DNA of 64,000 nt. It comes from Candidatus Omnitrophota bacterium. Its GTDB lineage: Bacteria > Omnitrophota > Gorgyraeia > Duberdicusellales > 4484-171. Position 1 is the first letter of the stretch; every line of letters begins with the position of its first letter. The notes beneath the pieces are model-generated. The model was not told the DNA's origin, searched no databases, and saw nothing but the letters and a program-made list of their open reading frames with translations. This document shows positions 31,441 through 41,767 of this stretch, in pieces. The stretch is taken from the NCBI GenBank assembly GCA_024231025.1, contig JAAEQW010000006.1, forward strand, positions 236 through 64,235, read 5' to 3'. The translations under genes were made by a program, and so were the position numbers.

Positions 31441-32512
31441 GTATATCACAAAAAATGTTATCTCGGGATATCTCTTTATTCTGTTTGTTTTTATAGGGTT
31501 GTATTTTGTTATTGACATCTTCACAACGCTTTCTGACATATTAAAAACAAAACCACCGCTTATGATAGTAGTAAATTACTATCTGTACATGTTGCCACTG
31601 ATTTTTTTAAGAGTGGCCCCTTTCTCTCTTTTGATCAGTACTCTATACACTTTTGGTGAGCTAAACAAAAATAATGAAATAATAAGCATGCGGGCATCCG
31701 GCATTAGCATCATCAAAATATGTTTTCCTGTGATATTTTTTGCTTTGCTTGCCTCGTTTGTGACTTTATACGTACAAGAAAAAACATTAGCTCCTTCACA
31801 AAAAAAAGTAGAAGACATAAAGCTTAGATATATTAAAAACGATAAAAGCTCTATCGGTGAAGAAAAAAACTTTGCTTTTCCTTCAAAAAATACAATATTT
31901 TTCGCAAGGAAATTTATTCCAAAAGAAGGAATCCTGGAAGATGTAACAATGTTTGACGAAGATAAAAACGGCAACATCACTAAAAAGTCGATCGCAAAAA
32001 AACTGTCTTATAGCGATGGCACCTGGGAAGGTAGCGATATAATTGAATACAGTCTTGACTCTAAGGGTAATATTGTTGGCAAGCCATCTCACTGGTTAAA
32101 ACGTGAGATGCCGTTAGAGGATTCCCCTCATGAGATTATTGCCAAACAAAATGTTTTTTCTCAATTCGCTTCTTTAAAAAACCTTAAAAAAGAAATTACT
32201 AGATTAAAAAGAATAGGCGCAAGCAGCCTTCTAAATAATTTAGTCATCGATTACCATCGTAAAATAGCCGATGCCTTTTCTCATCTCTTTCTTATAATCT
32301 GCATCCTACCATTCGCGTTAGAAATTAAAAAGCGAAAAGTTGCCCTATCGTCCCTTGGAACGGGCTTTATTTTTGGATTCATCTACTATCTGTTTACCTC
32401 TTTTAGCATTGCCTTAGGTAAAAGTTCGGTAATTTTGCCAATATTCAGCGCATGGCTCGCCCCTTTGTTTTTCTTAACTGTTGGGATTACTGGGTTATTT
32501 TTGGTTAAGTAA
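31424..32512 (+). CDS. lptG: LptF/LptG family LPS export permease
   Basis: NEI..MRASGIS, AWLAP; six-TM architecture. Confidence 0.85.
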   Translation: MRILSRYITKNVISGYLFILFVFIGLYFVIDIFTTLSDILKTKPPLMIVVNYYLYMLPLIFLRVAPFSLLISTLYTFGELNKNNEIISMRASGISIIKICFPVIFFALLASFVTLYVQEKTLAPSQKKVEDIKLRYIKNDKSSIGEEKNFAFPSKNTIFFARKFIPKEGILEDVTMFDEDKNGNITKKSIAKKLSYSDGTWEGSDIIEYSLDSKGNIVGKPSHWLKREMPLEDSPHEIIAKQNVFSQFASLKNLKKEITRLKRIGASSLLNNLVIDYHRKIADAFSHLFLIICILPFALEIKKRKVALSSLGTGFIFGFIYYLFTSFSIALGKSSVILPIFSAWLAPLFFLTVGITGLFLVK

Positions 32513-32513
32513 T

Positions 32514-32972
32514 TTAACCTCTTCTGCGGTGGTTTTTCAGTTGGCGCTGAACCTCTCGGTTGGTTATATCTTCTTTGATTTTTTTACGCTTATCGTAAGT
32601 ATGCATACCCTTCGCTAATCCAACTTCAATTTTCACTAGACCATTATCATTAAAATACACCTTCATTGGAACAAGCGTAAAACCTTTTTGTGCGGTAAGT
32701 CCTAATAATTTTTTAAGCTCTCTTTTATGCAAAAGAAGTCTTCTGACTCTTTTAGGTTCGGTTTTAAGATATGAGCTTTTCTCAAATTCTGGAATATGCA
32801 TGCTATAAACAAAAGCCTGACTGCGCTCTATCCGTACAAAACTATCGGTAATTGAACAACTTCGGCTACGTAATGACTTTACTTCATTACCTTTTAACTC
32901 AACGCCTGCTTCAAAAGTCTCAACTACCTGATAGTTACGGCGTGCCTTTCTGTTTGTTGCTATTATTTTCAT
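32514..32972 (-). CDS. smpB: SsrA-binding protein
   Basis: NRKA..Y, EAG..L.G.EVKSLR, R.LLLHK.E; likely leaderless start at 32972. Confidence 0.96.
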   Translation of the reverse strand: MKIIATNRKARRNYQVVETFEAGVELKGNEVKSLRSRSCSITDSFVRIERSQAFVYSMHIPEFEKSSYLKTEPKRVRRLLLHKRELKKLLGLTAQKGFTLVPMKVYFNDNGLVKIEVGLAKGMHTYDKRKKIKEDITNREVQRQLKNHRRRG

Positions 32973-33051
32973 GCCTAAATTATAGCACACCCACCTTCCT
33001 TCGAATAGGTATTAGATAACCCACCTACATCGGTGGGTTTTAATAAAAATA

Positions 33052-33079
33052 TTGCCTGAAAACTCTTATTTGATATAAT
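33052..33079 (+). promoter_or_regulatory. Promoter of the tRNA operon
   Basis: TTGCCT-16nt-TATAAT with extended TG. Confidence 0.65.
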
Positions 33080-33092
33080 TATGACTTGTTAC

Positions 33093-33176
33093 GCCGAAGT
33101 GGTGGAACTGGCAGACACGCAGCGTTCAGGGCGCTGTAAGTGCAAACTTGTGAGAGTTCGAATCTCTCCTTCGGCA
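33093..33176 (+). tRNA. tRNA-Leu(CAG)
   Basis: GCCGAAG/CTTCGGC acceptor stem, CAGCG-TTCAGGG-CGCTG anticodon arm, long variable arm, GTTCGAATC; CCA not encoded. Confidence 0.95.
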
Positions 33177-33273
33177 TGTTCTAATATTCCAGGAGTTTTT
33201 GAACATTGGAACATTGGAACATTAGACCGTCCCGACATAATGTCGGGACTCTGCGAAAGCTTTGCTTTCGCTC

Positions 33274-33368
33274 GGAGAGGTGCCTGAGCCCGGTTTAAAG
33301 GGTCCGATTCGAAATCGGATGTTCGCCCATAAAGCGAACCCAGGGTTCGAATCCCTGCTTCTCCGCCA
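33274..33368 (+). tRNA. tRNA-Ser(CGA)
   Basis: GGAGAGG/CTTCTCC acceptor stem, TCCGA-TTCGAAA-TCGGA arm, long variable arm, GCCA end. Confidence 0.95.
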
Positions 33369-33459
33369 TATTGGTATATTCCGGTCACATCCTTTACGCA
33401 ATATTCCGAGCACATAGTTTACACAATATGGCATATTAACTTTCCCAAAGGATTAAAAC

Positions 33460-33684
33460 ATATCAAATAACCAAATAGGTCAGAAAATTAAAGGGCTGCG
33501 CATTAAAGCAAAATTAACTCAAAAAGATTTTGCTTGTAAAGCCGATGTAAAATATACAGCCCTGACAAAAATCGAAAGCGGAATTATAAAAAGCCCTTTT
33601 GTGCAAGTAATAGTCAAGATTGCCAAAGCCTTGAATGCTTCTATAGAAAAATTTACTGTCTTCTTGAAACCGCTTACAAAATAG
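33460..33684 (+). pseudogene. XRE-family HTH regulator with ATA start (degraded or non-canonical)
   Basis: Manual translation ISNNQIGQKIKGLRIKAKLTQKDFACKADVKYTALTKIESGIIKSP...IAKALNASIE; AAGGA SD upstream; no ATG in frame. Confidence 0.75.
33665..33678 (+). promoter_or_regulatory. LacI/cre-type operator upstream of paralog 1
   Basis: TGAAACCGCTTACA, one mismatch to the three other copies. Confidence 0.7.
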
Positions 33685-33762
33685 TACGAATAATCCCCTG
33701 ATTTGCTTGAATTTTTACCTTCTGAAATGGTATATTTTAGTGAATAGGGTAGTGATTAATTT

Positions 33763-36700
33763 ATGAGTCAAAACCGAAATTTACTATTTAAAAAAGCTTC
33801 TATATCTTTCAGGGCAATCGGCACATTTGTTGCAATAGCCTTTGTTGGTAGTATCTTTCTATCTAATTTACCAAAACAACAAAGTATACCTGAAGCTTCT
33901 ACTGTTTATAATCTACCCTCGCCTACTGAAATATTACCTTTGTCAAAAGAGTATTCTTATCCATTACTGAAAGGGATCCGCTTTGATCCCAAAAACCCTT
34001 TAAATCTTGAATTTATTATCGATACCACCAATGAAAGTGATGTTGGCGAAGAAGAAGCTTCTCGTCTTGTAAAGTATTTTTTAGCTGGATTGACCCTTCC
34101 TGAAAAGGACTTGTGGGTTAATTTATCACCTTACGAGAAGACAAGAGTTGCTTCAGACAACTTGGCATTAACAGATTTAGGAAAAGATATGTTAAATCAG
34201 GATTATGTTCTAAAGCAACTTCTTTCTTCTCTCACTTATCCCGAAAGTAAAGTAGGCAGAGATTATTGGCAAAAAACTTACCAAGAAATAGCTAAAACTA
34301 TCGGTACAACCAATATCCCAATTAACACTTTCAATAAAGTCTGGATTGTGCCTAATAAATGTGTTCTTTATGAAAGCGGTAATGCAGCGTTTGTGAAAGA
34401 GGCAAGCATGAAGGCGTTGATAGAGCAAGATTACACTGCTTTGCAAGGTAACCAGCCATCAGGCAATAGACAACAGGTTGTAGACCAAAACAAAGTGGAA
34501 AAGATTATATCGCGGATAATGAAAGAGACAGTTTTGCCAAAAGTGCAAGACGATATTAATCATGGAGAGAATTTTGCAACTTTAAGACAAATATACCACT
34601 CTATGGTTTTGGCAATATGGTTTAAGCAGAAGTTTAAACAGTCGTTTTACAAGTATTACATTAATCAAGAGAAGGTTGGTGGAATCGATTTAGAAGATAA
34701 AGATGTTAAAGAAAAAATTTATAATCTTTATGTTGAAGCCTATAAAAAAGGCGTGTATGACTACATTAAAAAAGATTATGACGTCTCTGGAAGGAAATAT
34801 TTAAATCGAAGATATTATTCCGGCGGCATTAATGTGCCGACACAGGAAACGGTTGATGTGATAAGAATTGGTGAACTAGAAAAGAAGGTCTTAGAGCTCG
34901 AGCAACAAGGCGAGTATAAAAAGGTAAAGACTTTATGCGCGGTTTATAGTGAAACTCAACATCAAAAAGATGATACGTTAATAGATAAAGCCTATAAGGC
35001 TGGGAATTTCCGGAGAGTCGATGATGACGTAATTGATGAAGTAAGCGTATTATTTCGAGAATTAGGCGAAAATGGCGAACTTATAGCCCAGAAGCTAGAT
35101 GATCTTAGAAAGCAAGGGGGAATAAATCTTGTATTGGGTATTCCTCATTCCCATGCAGGCGGTAAAGGTATTCATATACAAGTTGGTGATTTACACAAAG
35201 TTAACAAAAATTACGTACGAGATAAGTTAATCCATGAAGCAATAGCCGGCACAATTTTTGGCCATTCAGGTAAAGTGCATAATTTGGCGATAGGTGTGGT
35301 AGAAGCACTAAATAGGGATACAGCAGAAGCAAGAAGGGTTTTAAATGAACTCGAAGGATTTTCTTTTGCTGAAGATGGTAAAGTCTTATGGGAAATGACG
35401 CAAGCCGAACGTGATGGGTTAGTTAGAGATTATGCAAACGCGGCACATAAATTAGAGAATCTAACTTTGTCTTTAGAAGAAGTAGAGAAAGTAGACGCTC
35501 TTTTTGATGAAAAAATCAAAAAGGGGCTGGAGAAGATATATTCAAACATCAAAAGAGGTGTGTCTTTTCGGCAAGTACTGGAACATTTCGCCTCCGAAGA
35601 TACTCCTATTGGAGAGGAAAGGCTAGTTCATAGCACAGATGAGATTGTTCTGGATATGTTGCGGGATGATTCATTGTATCCTGAAGGAATTGAAGTTCGG
35701 TTTTTACGGATACGTGAGACTAACGATTGGATATTAATAAAATGCAGAGAAACTGAACTATATCGACGTGGGATCTCTGATGTCCCGGGGTCGATGCAAC
35801 CTCTCTTTATGCCGTATAAGGAGAATCAAGCTGCAATGCATTATTACTTCGATATCGATATTCATAGCCATAACGACGACCAACCACTCCCAAATATCCG
35901 TGATCTTTGGGAGTGCTATTCGAGAAGTTCGGGGCAGCAATCACTGTTTTTGATCAAAGGAAGAAAGGGAGTAACCGCAATAAATTTAACCAAGGCGGTT
36001 GGCCGAGTAACTGACGATGATTTCAAAGTGATTTTATGTAATGTAGTGCGAGATTTACAAAACATGCTGACGAAGAGGGAAGATGAAACGATATCTCCTC
36101 ACGAAAAAACACCAAGAATTTTTATCGAAGCTGCGCTGGATCAGTTAGAAAAGCACGAGGACTTATTAACCCGAAAATTTATTCCATGGTCTGATTTTAC
36201 TTTAGATCATTTAAAAAGTCGGTCGTTTCAACTAAGTGATGTTTTGCAATCGCAGGATAGGGGGGAACAGAGACTGGCGGCAATTGCAGTTCTTCGGGTT
36301 TTATCAACGCAGGTTAATTATGATTTTAAAGTGGCGATGTTTCGAAAAATAATTGATGTTTCCGACTGGAAGTTTCAATTACAAATTCTCGACGTTCTTT
36401 ACCGTTACTTTGAACCCGGACAAGAAATGAACAATGCTTATGATTTATTTTTGCAGTTGCCATCGCCGATTGTCCAAGCTGTGGCCAGCTTGCAAGGTTC
36501 ATCAAATGCACTTTTTGATCGCCATGGAACAAGAAAGTCTCGAAAAGTTATTGATGACGAAGCAACCGTTATGGCTGATGAGTTTTTGACATATAAGATT
36601 AAAATCATGTTGTCGAATAGCCTAAGTAATAGCTTGACTATTGCGGCCAGTTTGGACGAAGAAGATCTGGCGCAAATCGACAGGGAGCTCTTGCTGCAGT

Positions 36701-37614
36701 ACCTTGATCGACTAACTAAAGCCGGAATAAGCCGAGAAGGAAAGCAAGATGTGTTGGTTCTTTGCGCAAGGCACCTTAGAGAAGAGTGGGGTTTAGGCGA
36801 TACAGAAGATAAGGAATTAAGTGACCCGAAAGTATCACAGCGAGAGAACCACGATAATAAACTTGAGCACATATATAAACAGAATCCCAATAATGTAACC
36901 GCGGTGCTTCCGTGGACTACAAAGGAAGTGGTTGAGCTATTTCGCAAAATAGATGATGACGGGCAGTGCCCGTTGGCGAGCAAGCTTGCTGATAAAATAG
37001 AGTTGTTACTGGGAAGTCGAGATCCATTGAGATCTCAAGGCAGGTATTTTAGTAGAGACGGAAAAAAGATCATTAGAAGCCGGATCAACATTGTCCGCGG
37101 CATTGACCGCTCTCATGCTGGGGGAATGGGGATAAATATTATGGCTCGAGAAATTAGGCCGATAGACGAGGATGAAAAATATATTAAGGGAACTATTATT
37201 CACGAAGCAGTCGCGGGTACAATTTTTGGCGATTCTGAAAAAGTGCATAATTTAGGACTGGAGTTAGAACGAGCATTAATTAATGGAAGATTTGGTATAG
37301 CAGCTGATTTATTAAATAGCCTCTCTGGTGTTGCCCCGCATCCATCTGGCCGTGCGCTTTGGGAAATGACTCAGGAACAAAGGAATGAATTGGGCAGAGA
37401 CTATGCAAGCCCAAATGATATCGATGATGCTGGATTTGGTGGGTTAGATTTGACTGCTGATTCTTTTGCTATACAAATCGAAGGCGAGAACGAAAATATT
37501 GAATCTGGTGAATCTTTTTACCAGGATTTTGATCGGCTCAGTTTAAAAGATGTATTTATTGAAGATATCTCTTCTTCTGAACTCGCCCAGAGCTTCTTCC
37601 CAAATAATAATTAA
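33763..37614 (+). CDS. Large exported modular protein, paralog 1 (conserved N-domain; zincin-like repeat / JAB-like domain / zincin-like repeat; GGLDL tail)
   Basis: TM helix; WVNLSP, LKQL..LTYPE, NKVWI, RRYYSGG shared with three paralogs; duplicated SHAGG/IHEA.AG/LWEM/RDYA module; HSH-x7-N-x2-D motif. Confidence 0.85.
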   Translation: MSQNRNLLFKKASISFRAIGTFVAIAFVGSIFLSNLPKQQSIPEASTVYNLPSPTEILPLSKEYSYPLLKGIRFDPKNPLNLEFIIDTTNESDVGEEEASRLVKYFLAGLTLPEKDLWVNLSPYEKTRVASDNLALTDLGKDMLNQDYVLKQLLSSLTYPESKVGRDYWQKTYQEIAKTIGTTNIPINTFNKVWIVPNKCVLYESGNAAFVKEASMKALIEQDYTALQGNQPSGNRQQVVDQNKVEKIISRIMKETVLPKVQDDINHGENFATLRQIYHSMVLAIWFKQKFKQSFYKYYINQEKVGGIDLEDKDVKEKIYNLYVEAYKKGVYDYIKKDYDVSGRKYLNRRYYSGGINVPTQETVDVIRIGELEKKVLELEQQGEYKKVKTLCAVYSETQHQKDDTLIDKAYKAGNFRRVDDDVIDEVSVLFRELGENGELIAQKLDDLRKQGGINLVLGIPHSHAGGKGIHIQVGDLHKVNKNYVRDKLIHEAIAGTIFGHSGKVHNLAIGVVEALNRDTAEARRVLNELEGFSFAEDGKVLWEMTQAERDGLVRDYANAAHKLENLTLSLEEVEKVDALFDEKIKKGLEKIYSNIKRGVSFRQVLEHFASEDTPIGEERLVHSTDEIVLDMLRDDSLYPEGIEVRFLRIRETNDWILIKCRETELYRRGISDVPGSMQPLFMPYKENQAAMHYYFDIDIHSHNDDQPLPNIRDLWECYSRSSGQQSLFLIKGRKGVTAINLTKAVGRVTDDDFKVILCNVVRDLQNMLTKREDETISPHEKTPRIFIEAALDQLEKHEDLLTRKFIPWSDFTLDHLKSRSFQLSDVLQSQDRGEQRLAAIAVLRVLSTQVNYDFKVAMFRKIIDVSDWKFQLQILDVLYRYFEPGQEMNNAYDLFLQLPSPIVQAVASLQGSSNALFDRHGTRKSRKVIDDEATVMADEFLTYKIKIMLSNSLSNSLTIAASLDEEDLAQIDRELLLQYLDRLTKAGISREGKQDVLVLCARHLREEWGLGDTEDKELSDPKVSQRENHDNKLEHIYKQNPNNVTAVLPWTTKEVVELFRKIDDDGQCPLASKLADKIELLLGSRDPLRSQGRYFSRDGKKIIRSRINIVRGIDRSHAGGMGINIMAREIRPIDEDEKYIKGTIIHEAVAGTIFGDSEKVHNLGLELERALINGRFGIAADLLNSLSGVAPHPSGRALWEMTQEQRNELGRDYASPNDIDDAGFGGLDLTADSFAIQIEGENENIESGESFYQDFDRLSLKDVFIEDISSSELAQSFFPNNN

Positions 37615-37870
37615 TTTTCTATTTAAGAAACGAGTAACCCACCACGCTACGACCTTACTGCGATGAGACTGCCCTTTTGCCGCTAACTACCAAATTACCA
37701 AAAACTTACCAAGATGGAAATCACTTGTCTTATGAATAATAAAAATATATAATTAAACCACGTTATTCAACAAGGCAACAAAGGAACAGACTCGACCGAG
37801 CAAAAATCCTATTACAAAAAATAAAGGTTCGAACTGCGTCTCCTATACACCGTCGATTTAAAAATAACAA

Positions 37871-38833
37871 ATGAAAAAACACAAATACATTCTCCTAACT
37901 GCGTTATGCGTTCTGATCATCATTGCCATTAAAACGATGGCTCCTTCGTCTATCCGCGATGACACAAATCTAAAAGATACTTTCAACAAAGAAGTAGTAA
38001 TACAAAAAATGATTGAAGCAGAAAAATCCAAAGATCCATCTTTTTACGTATTTACCGTTTTGTCGTTATCCTACCTTCTTTTGATAATCGCAGGAATTAT
38101 AAATTTGTTTGTTTTTTTTGTGAGAAGTTTGCAGAAAAAAAGTTTGATTGCGGCAAAAGAAAAACAAAAAATACTTCCTCTCTCTTACCAGCAGATAAGT
38201 AGAATATTTTTTGATATTTCTTTATTATTTTTAGTTGTTTATACGATAAATTTTGCCTCACGAACTTTAAATTGGGGTACATACATCCATAACGCTATAA
38301 ATTTTAACCTTGCTATAGAAATTGGCATAATCGTAATCATTTTATGGGCAATAAGCCCTTCTTTGCGCTTAAATTTGAAAAAGCCCTATCTTCTTAGCAC
38401 GCTACAACTATATACAGCAACACTACCGCTAATAATACTTACTGCGATACTTCTAAAAGCTATCGGCATAGAATCCCAACCAAACCCTGCTATAAAATTA
38501 TTATTCTCATTAGAAAACAAAACTATCATTTATATCCTGCTGGCTCAAATTACACTGGTTGGACCAATCGCAGAAGAAATATTCTTTAGAGGTTTTATCT
38601 TTAAATTATCAAGAAAAAAATATTCCTTTCTTCTTTCTGCTGCGCTAACATCACTTATATTCGCTTCAATGCACATGATTACCGAACTCATCCTGCCGCT
38701 TTTTATAATCAGTATGGCCATGTGTTATTTATATGAAAAAACGCAAAACATAGTAGCGCCGATTATATTTCATTCAATATTCAACTCTGCGAATATAATT
38801 TTACTTTTATCAATTAAGAATGTTTTGGGCTAG
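37871..38833 (+). CDS. CPBP (Abi/CAAX) intramembrane metalloprotease
   Basis: PIAEEIFFRG, FASMH, HSIFN. Confidence 0.9.
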   Translation: MKKHKYILLTALCVLIIIAIKTMAPSSIRDDTNLKDTFNKEVVIQKMIEAEKSKDPSFYVFTVLSLSYLLLIIAGIINLFVFFVRSLQKKSLIAAKEKQKILPLSYQQISRIFFDISLLFLVVYTINFASRTLNWGTYIHNAINFNLAIEIGIIVIILWAISPSLRLNLKKPYLLSTLQLYTATLPLIILTAILLKAIGIESQPNPAIKLLFSLENKTIIYILLAQITLVGPIAEEIFFRGFIFKLSRKKYSFLLSAALTSLIFASMHMITELILPLFIISMAMCYLYEKTQNIVAPIIFHSIFNSANIILLLSIKNVLG

Positions 38834-39624
38834 AAATTAAGATAATCGTTCACATCCCATGGAATATTTTGGGCCTCTTTGACTTGTGCTATTCTTTGGG
38901 CGGTGTAAGGATGACTTTTAAAATAGGAGCCGGTTCTTATCTTCTTTTTATCAAGTTCATAAAGCTTCTCTAATGCCTCCAACCCGGCATTTGGATCAAA
39001 TCCAGCAAGCTTCATATATTTAACCGCCAGCTCATCAGCCTTAAGCTCATCTTCGCGCGAATGAGCAGCCATCAACTGAGAAAGGGCAAAAGAAACACCA
39101 CCAGGAAAGTTTGAATCTGAATTACTCATGGCTGAAGCAGCCAACAGCACATTGTACCCTAAGGCTGCCTGCATACGTTTTATGCCGTGGCGACACACAA
39201 CATGGCTAACTTCATGCGCAAGAACAAAAGCTAATGCATCATCACTTAAAAAATCCATGAGCTCTTTAAAAATGTATACATGCCCACCAGGAATGCAAAA
39301 CGCATTTTTTTCATCTTCTTCATTAATAACATAGAAATAATAACTAACCTCTTTACGATCACACACGTCAGCGATTTTACCGCCAATGTCATTAACCCTT
39401 TCAATATCAAATGGGCTTTTTGATATTTCAACCTGTTTAGCAATTGACCGTGACACATTCCCACCAAGAGAAATCTCACTTGCTGTAGAAAACATCATGA
39501 CATCTTGTTTATGGGTGGCAATACTGTATTCTGTAGACAAGCATCCAGAAAAGATTAGACCAAAGACCAAAGACAAAAGACCAAAGACTACACTATAAGC
39601 CATATTTCGTAAACCGAGCATCAT
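38830..39624 (-). CDS. M48 family zinc metalloprotease, lipoprotein
   Basis: FSGC lipobox, NAF..PGG, HEVSH, SREDELKAD, SHP. Confidence 0.9.
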   Translation of the reverse strand: MMLGLRNMAYSVVFGLLSLVFGLIFSGCLSTEYSIATHKQDVMMFSTASEISLGGNVSRSIAKQVEISKSPFDIERVNDIGGKIADVCDRKEVSYYFYVINEEDEKNAFCIPGGHVYIFKELMDFLSDDALAFVLAHEVSHVVCRHGIKRMQAALGYNVLLAASAMSNSDSNFPGGVSFALSQLMAAHSREDELKADELAVKYMKLAGFDPNAGLEALEKLYELDKKKIRTGSYFKSHPYTAQRIAQVKEAQNIPWDVNDYLNF

Positions 39625-39642
39625 ATCTCCATAATTACTTTT

Positions 39643-40179
39643 TTATTTGTAGAAGTCGCTCTTGGTAAAAAGAGAAACAAGAGGGCATTTTAATTTTTCA
39701 AGATTCTGGGTTGCACCTTCTTCTCGATCGATAACGGTTACCGCCTTAACGATTTTTATCTTTTGCGCTTGTAGTATTTCTATCGATTTTATCAAAGAGG
39801 ATCCACTAGTTGCTACATCATCTATCACAACAACCCTGCTTCCTTTGCGCAATTCTCTTCCTTCGATTAGCTTCTGGCTGCCATGCTTTTTAGGAGTTTT
39901 CCTGATCAGAAAACCCTTCAAATCCTTGCGCGTACGCCGCGCAACCATGCAAACACCACCTATGATAGGATCAGCCCCTAATGTAGGCCCACCTACGGCG
40001 TCGATTTTGTCATTTTTAATTGCTCGCCAAATAAGACTTGAAATCAAATACACCCCTTCTGGAGTAAGGCTAACTCTTCTTACGTCAACATAGTAATTAC
40101 TCATCTTCCCTGAAGAAAGTTTTATTCTCTTCTTGAAAAATGCATCCTTTTTAAGTATTTTCAATAACTCTTTCTTCAC
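39643..40179 (-). CDS. pyrE: Orotate phosphoribosyltransferase
   Basis: LSSG..S.YY.D, RK..K.HG, VIDDVATSG.S. Confidence 0.93.
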   Translation of the reverse strand: MKKELLKILKKDAFFKKRIKLSSGKMSNYYVDVRRVSLTPEGVYLISSLIWRAIKNDKIDAVGGPTLGADPIIGGVCMVARRTRKDLKGFLIRKTPKKHGSQKLIEGRELRKGSRVVVIDDVATSGSSLIKSIEILQAQKIKIVKAVTVIDREEGATQNLEKLKCPLVSLFTKSDFYK

Positions 40180-40264
40180 CCTACTCGACCTCCTTTTTAC
40201 CTTTACCTGTTAAATTCATAAATCTAACAAGAGCACCATTAAATTAATCGTGGTCAAGATAATC

Positions 40265-41767
40265 CTAAGCCTTCTCATCAATTAATTTAAAAACAATACC
40301 GTAGCGATCCTGATACATAACCTTAAAATGCGCATTATCCCTTAGCGCTTCTTGATACAACCATGTACTCCCTGCCGCATAACCAAAACGCGCACCAAAT
40401 ACATCTTTCAACACTTTATGAGGATCTTTAACTGCTCCATCCTTAAACCCCCTATACAAAGCATACGCCCCCGGACAACAATAGATAGTATAAATTGGAT
40501 CAAGCACAGAAACATAATTGTTTTTAGGGTTTAAGCATATAAAAAATGGTGAATCACTCCATAAAGCATGATACACAGTTTCGCCACTTGGAATATTATT
40601 TTTCATCCAAAGAGCTACGTTTTCATAGTGATGACCGGCCTCAATATAACCTGACATATCTTTTTTTAGCATCTGACAATTTGGATACATAGCAAAAAGG
40701 GCAGCAATAAAATAAACTATAACTCCCCGATTAATTTTAGGAGTAAATTCTTTCCACTCTACTTGGCCACGAACATCGTTTATGTAAGAAGCAAAAAAAA
40801 CAAAGAATAAAGGATTTACAACATACCAATAACGATTACTCAGCATTGCCAGAACAAAATAACAGCCAAAGCACACAAACCAAACCAAACTGGAAAAACT
40901 CACTTTAACTTTTTTCCAGAATGAAAACCATATTATCATTCCGAGACTAAAAAATACCATAAAATTACTAATAAGGGCTTGCTTTGTGGGAACCGCTATA
41001 AACTCTCGACCAAAATCAATATCGGTACCAACAAACGTGTGCCAAGGAACTAAAATGGCATTTAAATAAACTGATATTGAATTGTGCGGAAAATTAGGAT
41101 GGATTATACATCCTATTCCAAGGCCAATAATAGTTACATAAATATTTCTTTCAAAAATCTCTTTGCTATGCATATAACGTATGGCTTCACAAAAAAAGGC
41201 AAAAACTAAAACTGTAAGAAAAGATATGTGCGTAAGCGGATATATTATCGAGACGATCAAGACCCCTAGCCACTTTTTGTTAATTAAAAAATAAATAAGA
41301 AAGATCGTCAATATAATAGCTAAGATAGTTGGACGTAAATATAAAAAAAACATCGAAAATGTAGGTGAAAGTGCAGGCAACAATAAGAATAAGCCGGTTA
41401 AAAACCCCGGAATATATTTTCGCAAAATAAAAGCAAAACTTAACAAAAATAAGAAGTTAAAAAATACAACCGCATATTTGCCGGCCGTAACTATGTTATC
41501 GGTAAAATATAAAAAGGGTATTGTTGAAACATGCAGTAAAAAATCCTTGTCCGAGAAAAAATTTTTAAAAGTAGAAAATTGTGCCCAACGAAAATTCTGC
41601 AAGGGACCCGAATCCTCTATCAAGCGCGATACTGCTACATGGTAATACGCATCAAAACCGTAAAGGGTAGGCGTTAAAAACTGAAGCCAGCCAAAAAACA
41701 GCATAACGGCAAGGAAAAGTACAACTAGTATGAGGTTGGATGTAATTTTTTCTTTTAAACTAAACAT
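40265..41767 (-). CDS. Polytopic membrane protein, probable GT-C glycosyltransferase-like
   Basis: D.YYH motif in the first loop, many TM helices, C-terminal LDP motif. Confidence 0.55.
   Translation of the reverse strand: MFSLKEKITSNLILVVLFLAVMLFFGWLQFLTPTLYGFDAYYHVAVSRLIEDSGPLQNFRWAQFSTFKNFFSDKDFLLHVSTIPFLYFTDNIVTAGKYAVVFFNFLFLLSFAFILRKYIPGFLTGLFLLLPALSPTFSMFFLYLRPTILAIILTIFLIYFLINKKWLGVLIVSIIYPLTHISFLTVLVFAFFCEAIRYMHSKEIFERNIYVTIIGLGIGCIIHPNFPHNSISVYLNAILVPWHTFVGTDIDFGREFIAVPTKQALISNFMVFFSLGMIIWFSFWKKVKVSFSSLVWFVCFGCYFVLAMLSNRYWYVVNPLFFVFFASYINDVRGQVEWKEFTPKINRGVIVYFIAALFAMYPNCQMLKKDMSGYIEAGHHYENVALWMKNNIPSGETVYHALWSDSPFFICLNPKNNYVSVLDPIYTIYCCPGAYALYRGFKDGAVKDPHKVLKDVFGARFGYAAGSTWLYQEALRDNAHFKVMYQDRYGIVFKLIDEKA

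Noticed and set aside
32990-33090. tmRNA next to smpB
   Set aside because: No GGGG..TCCACCA tRNA-like ends or tag reading frame visible
33081-33434. Three short ORFs in the track
   Set aside because: They overlap tRNA-Leu and tRNA-Ser and are shadow ORFs
36438-36983. 181-aa antisense ORF and similar antisense ORFs throughout
   Set aside because: They lie opposite well-supported genes and have Ser-rich shadow composition
37780-37850. tRNA-like GGTTCGAA sequence
   Set aside because: No cloverleaf or acceptor stem; only an imperfect inverted repeat
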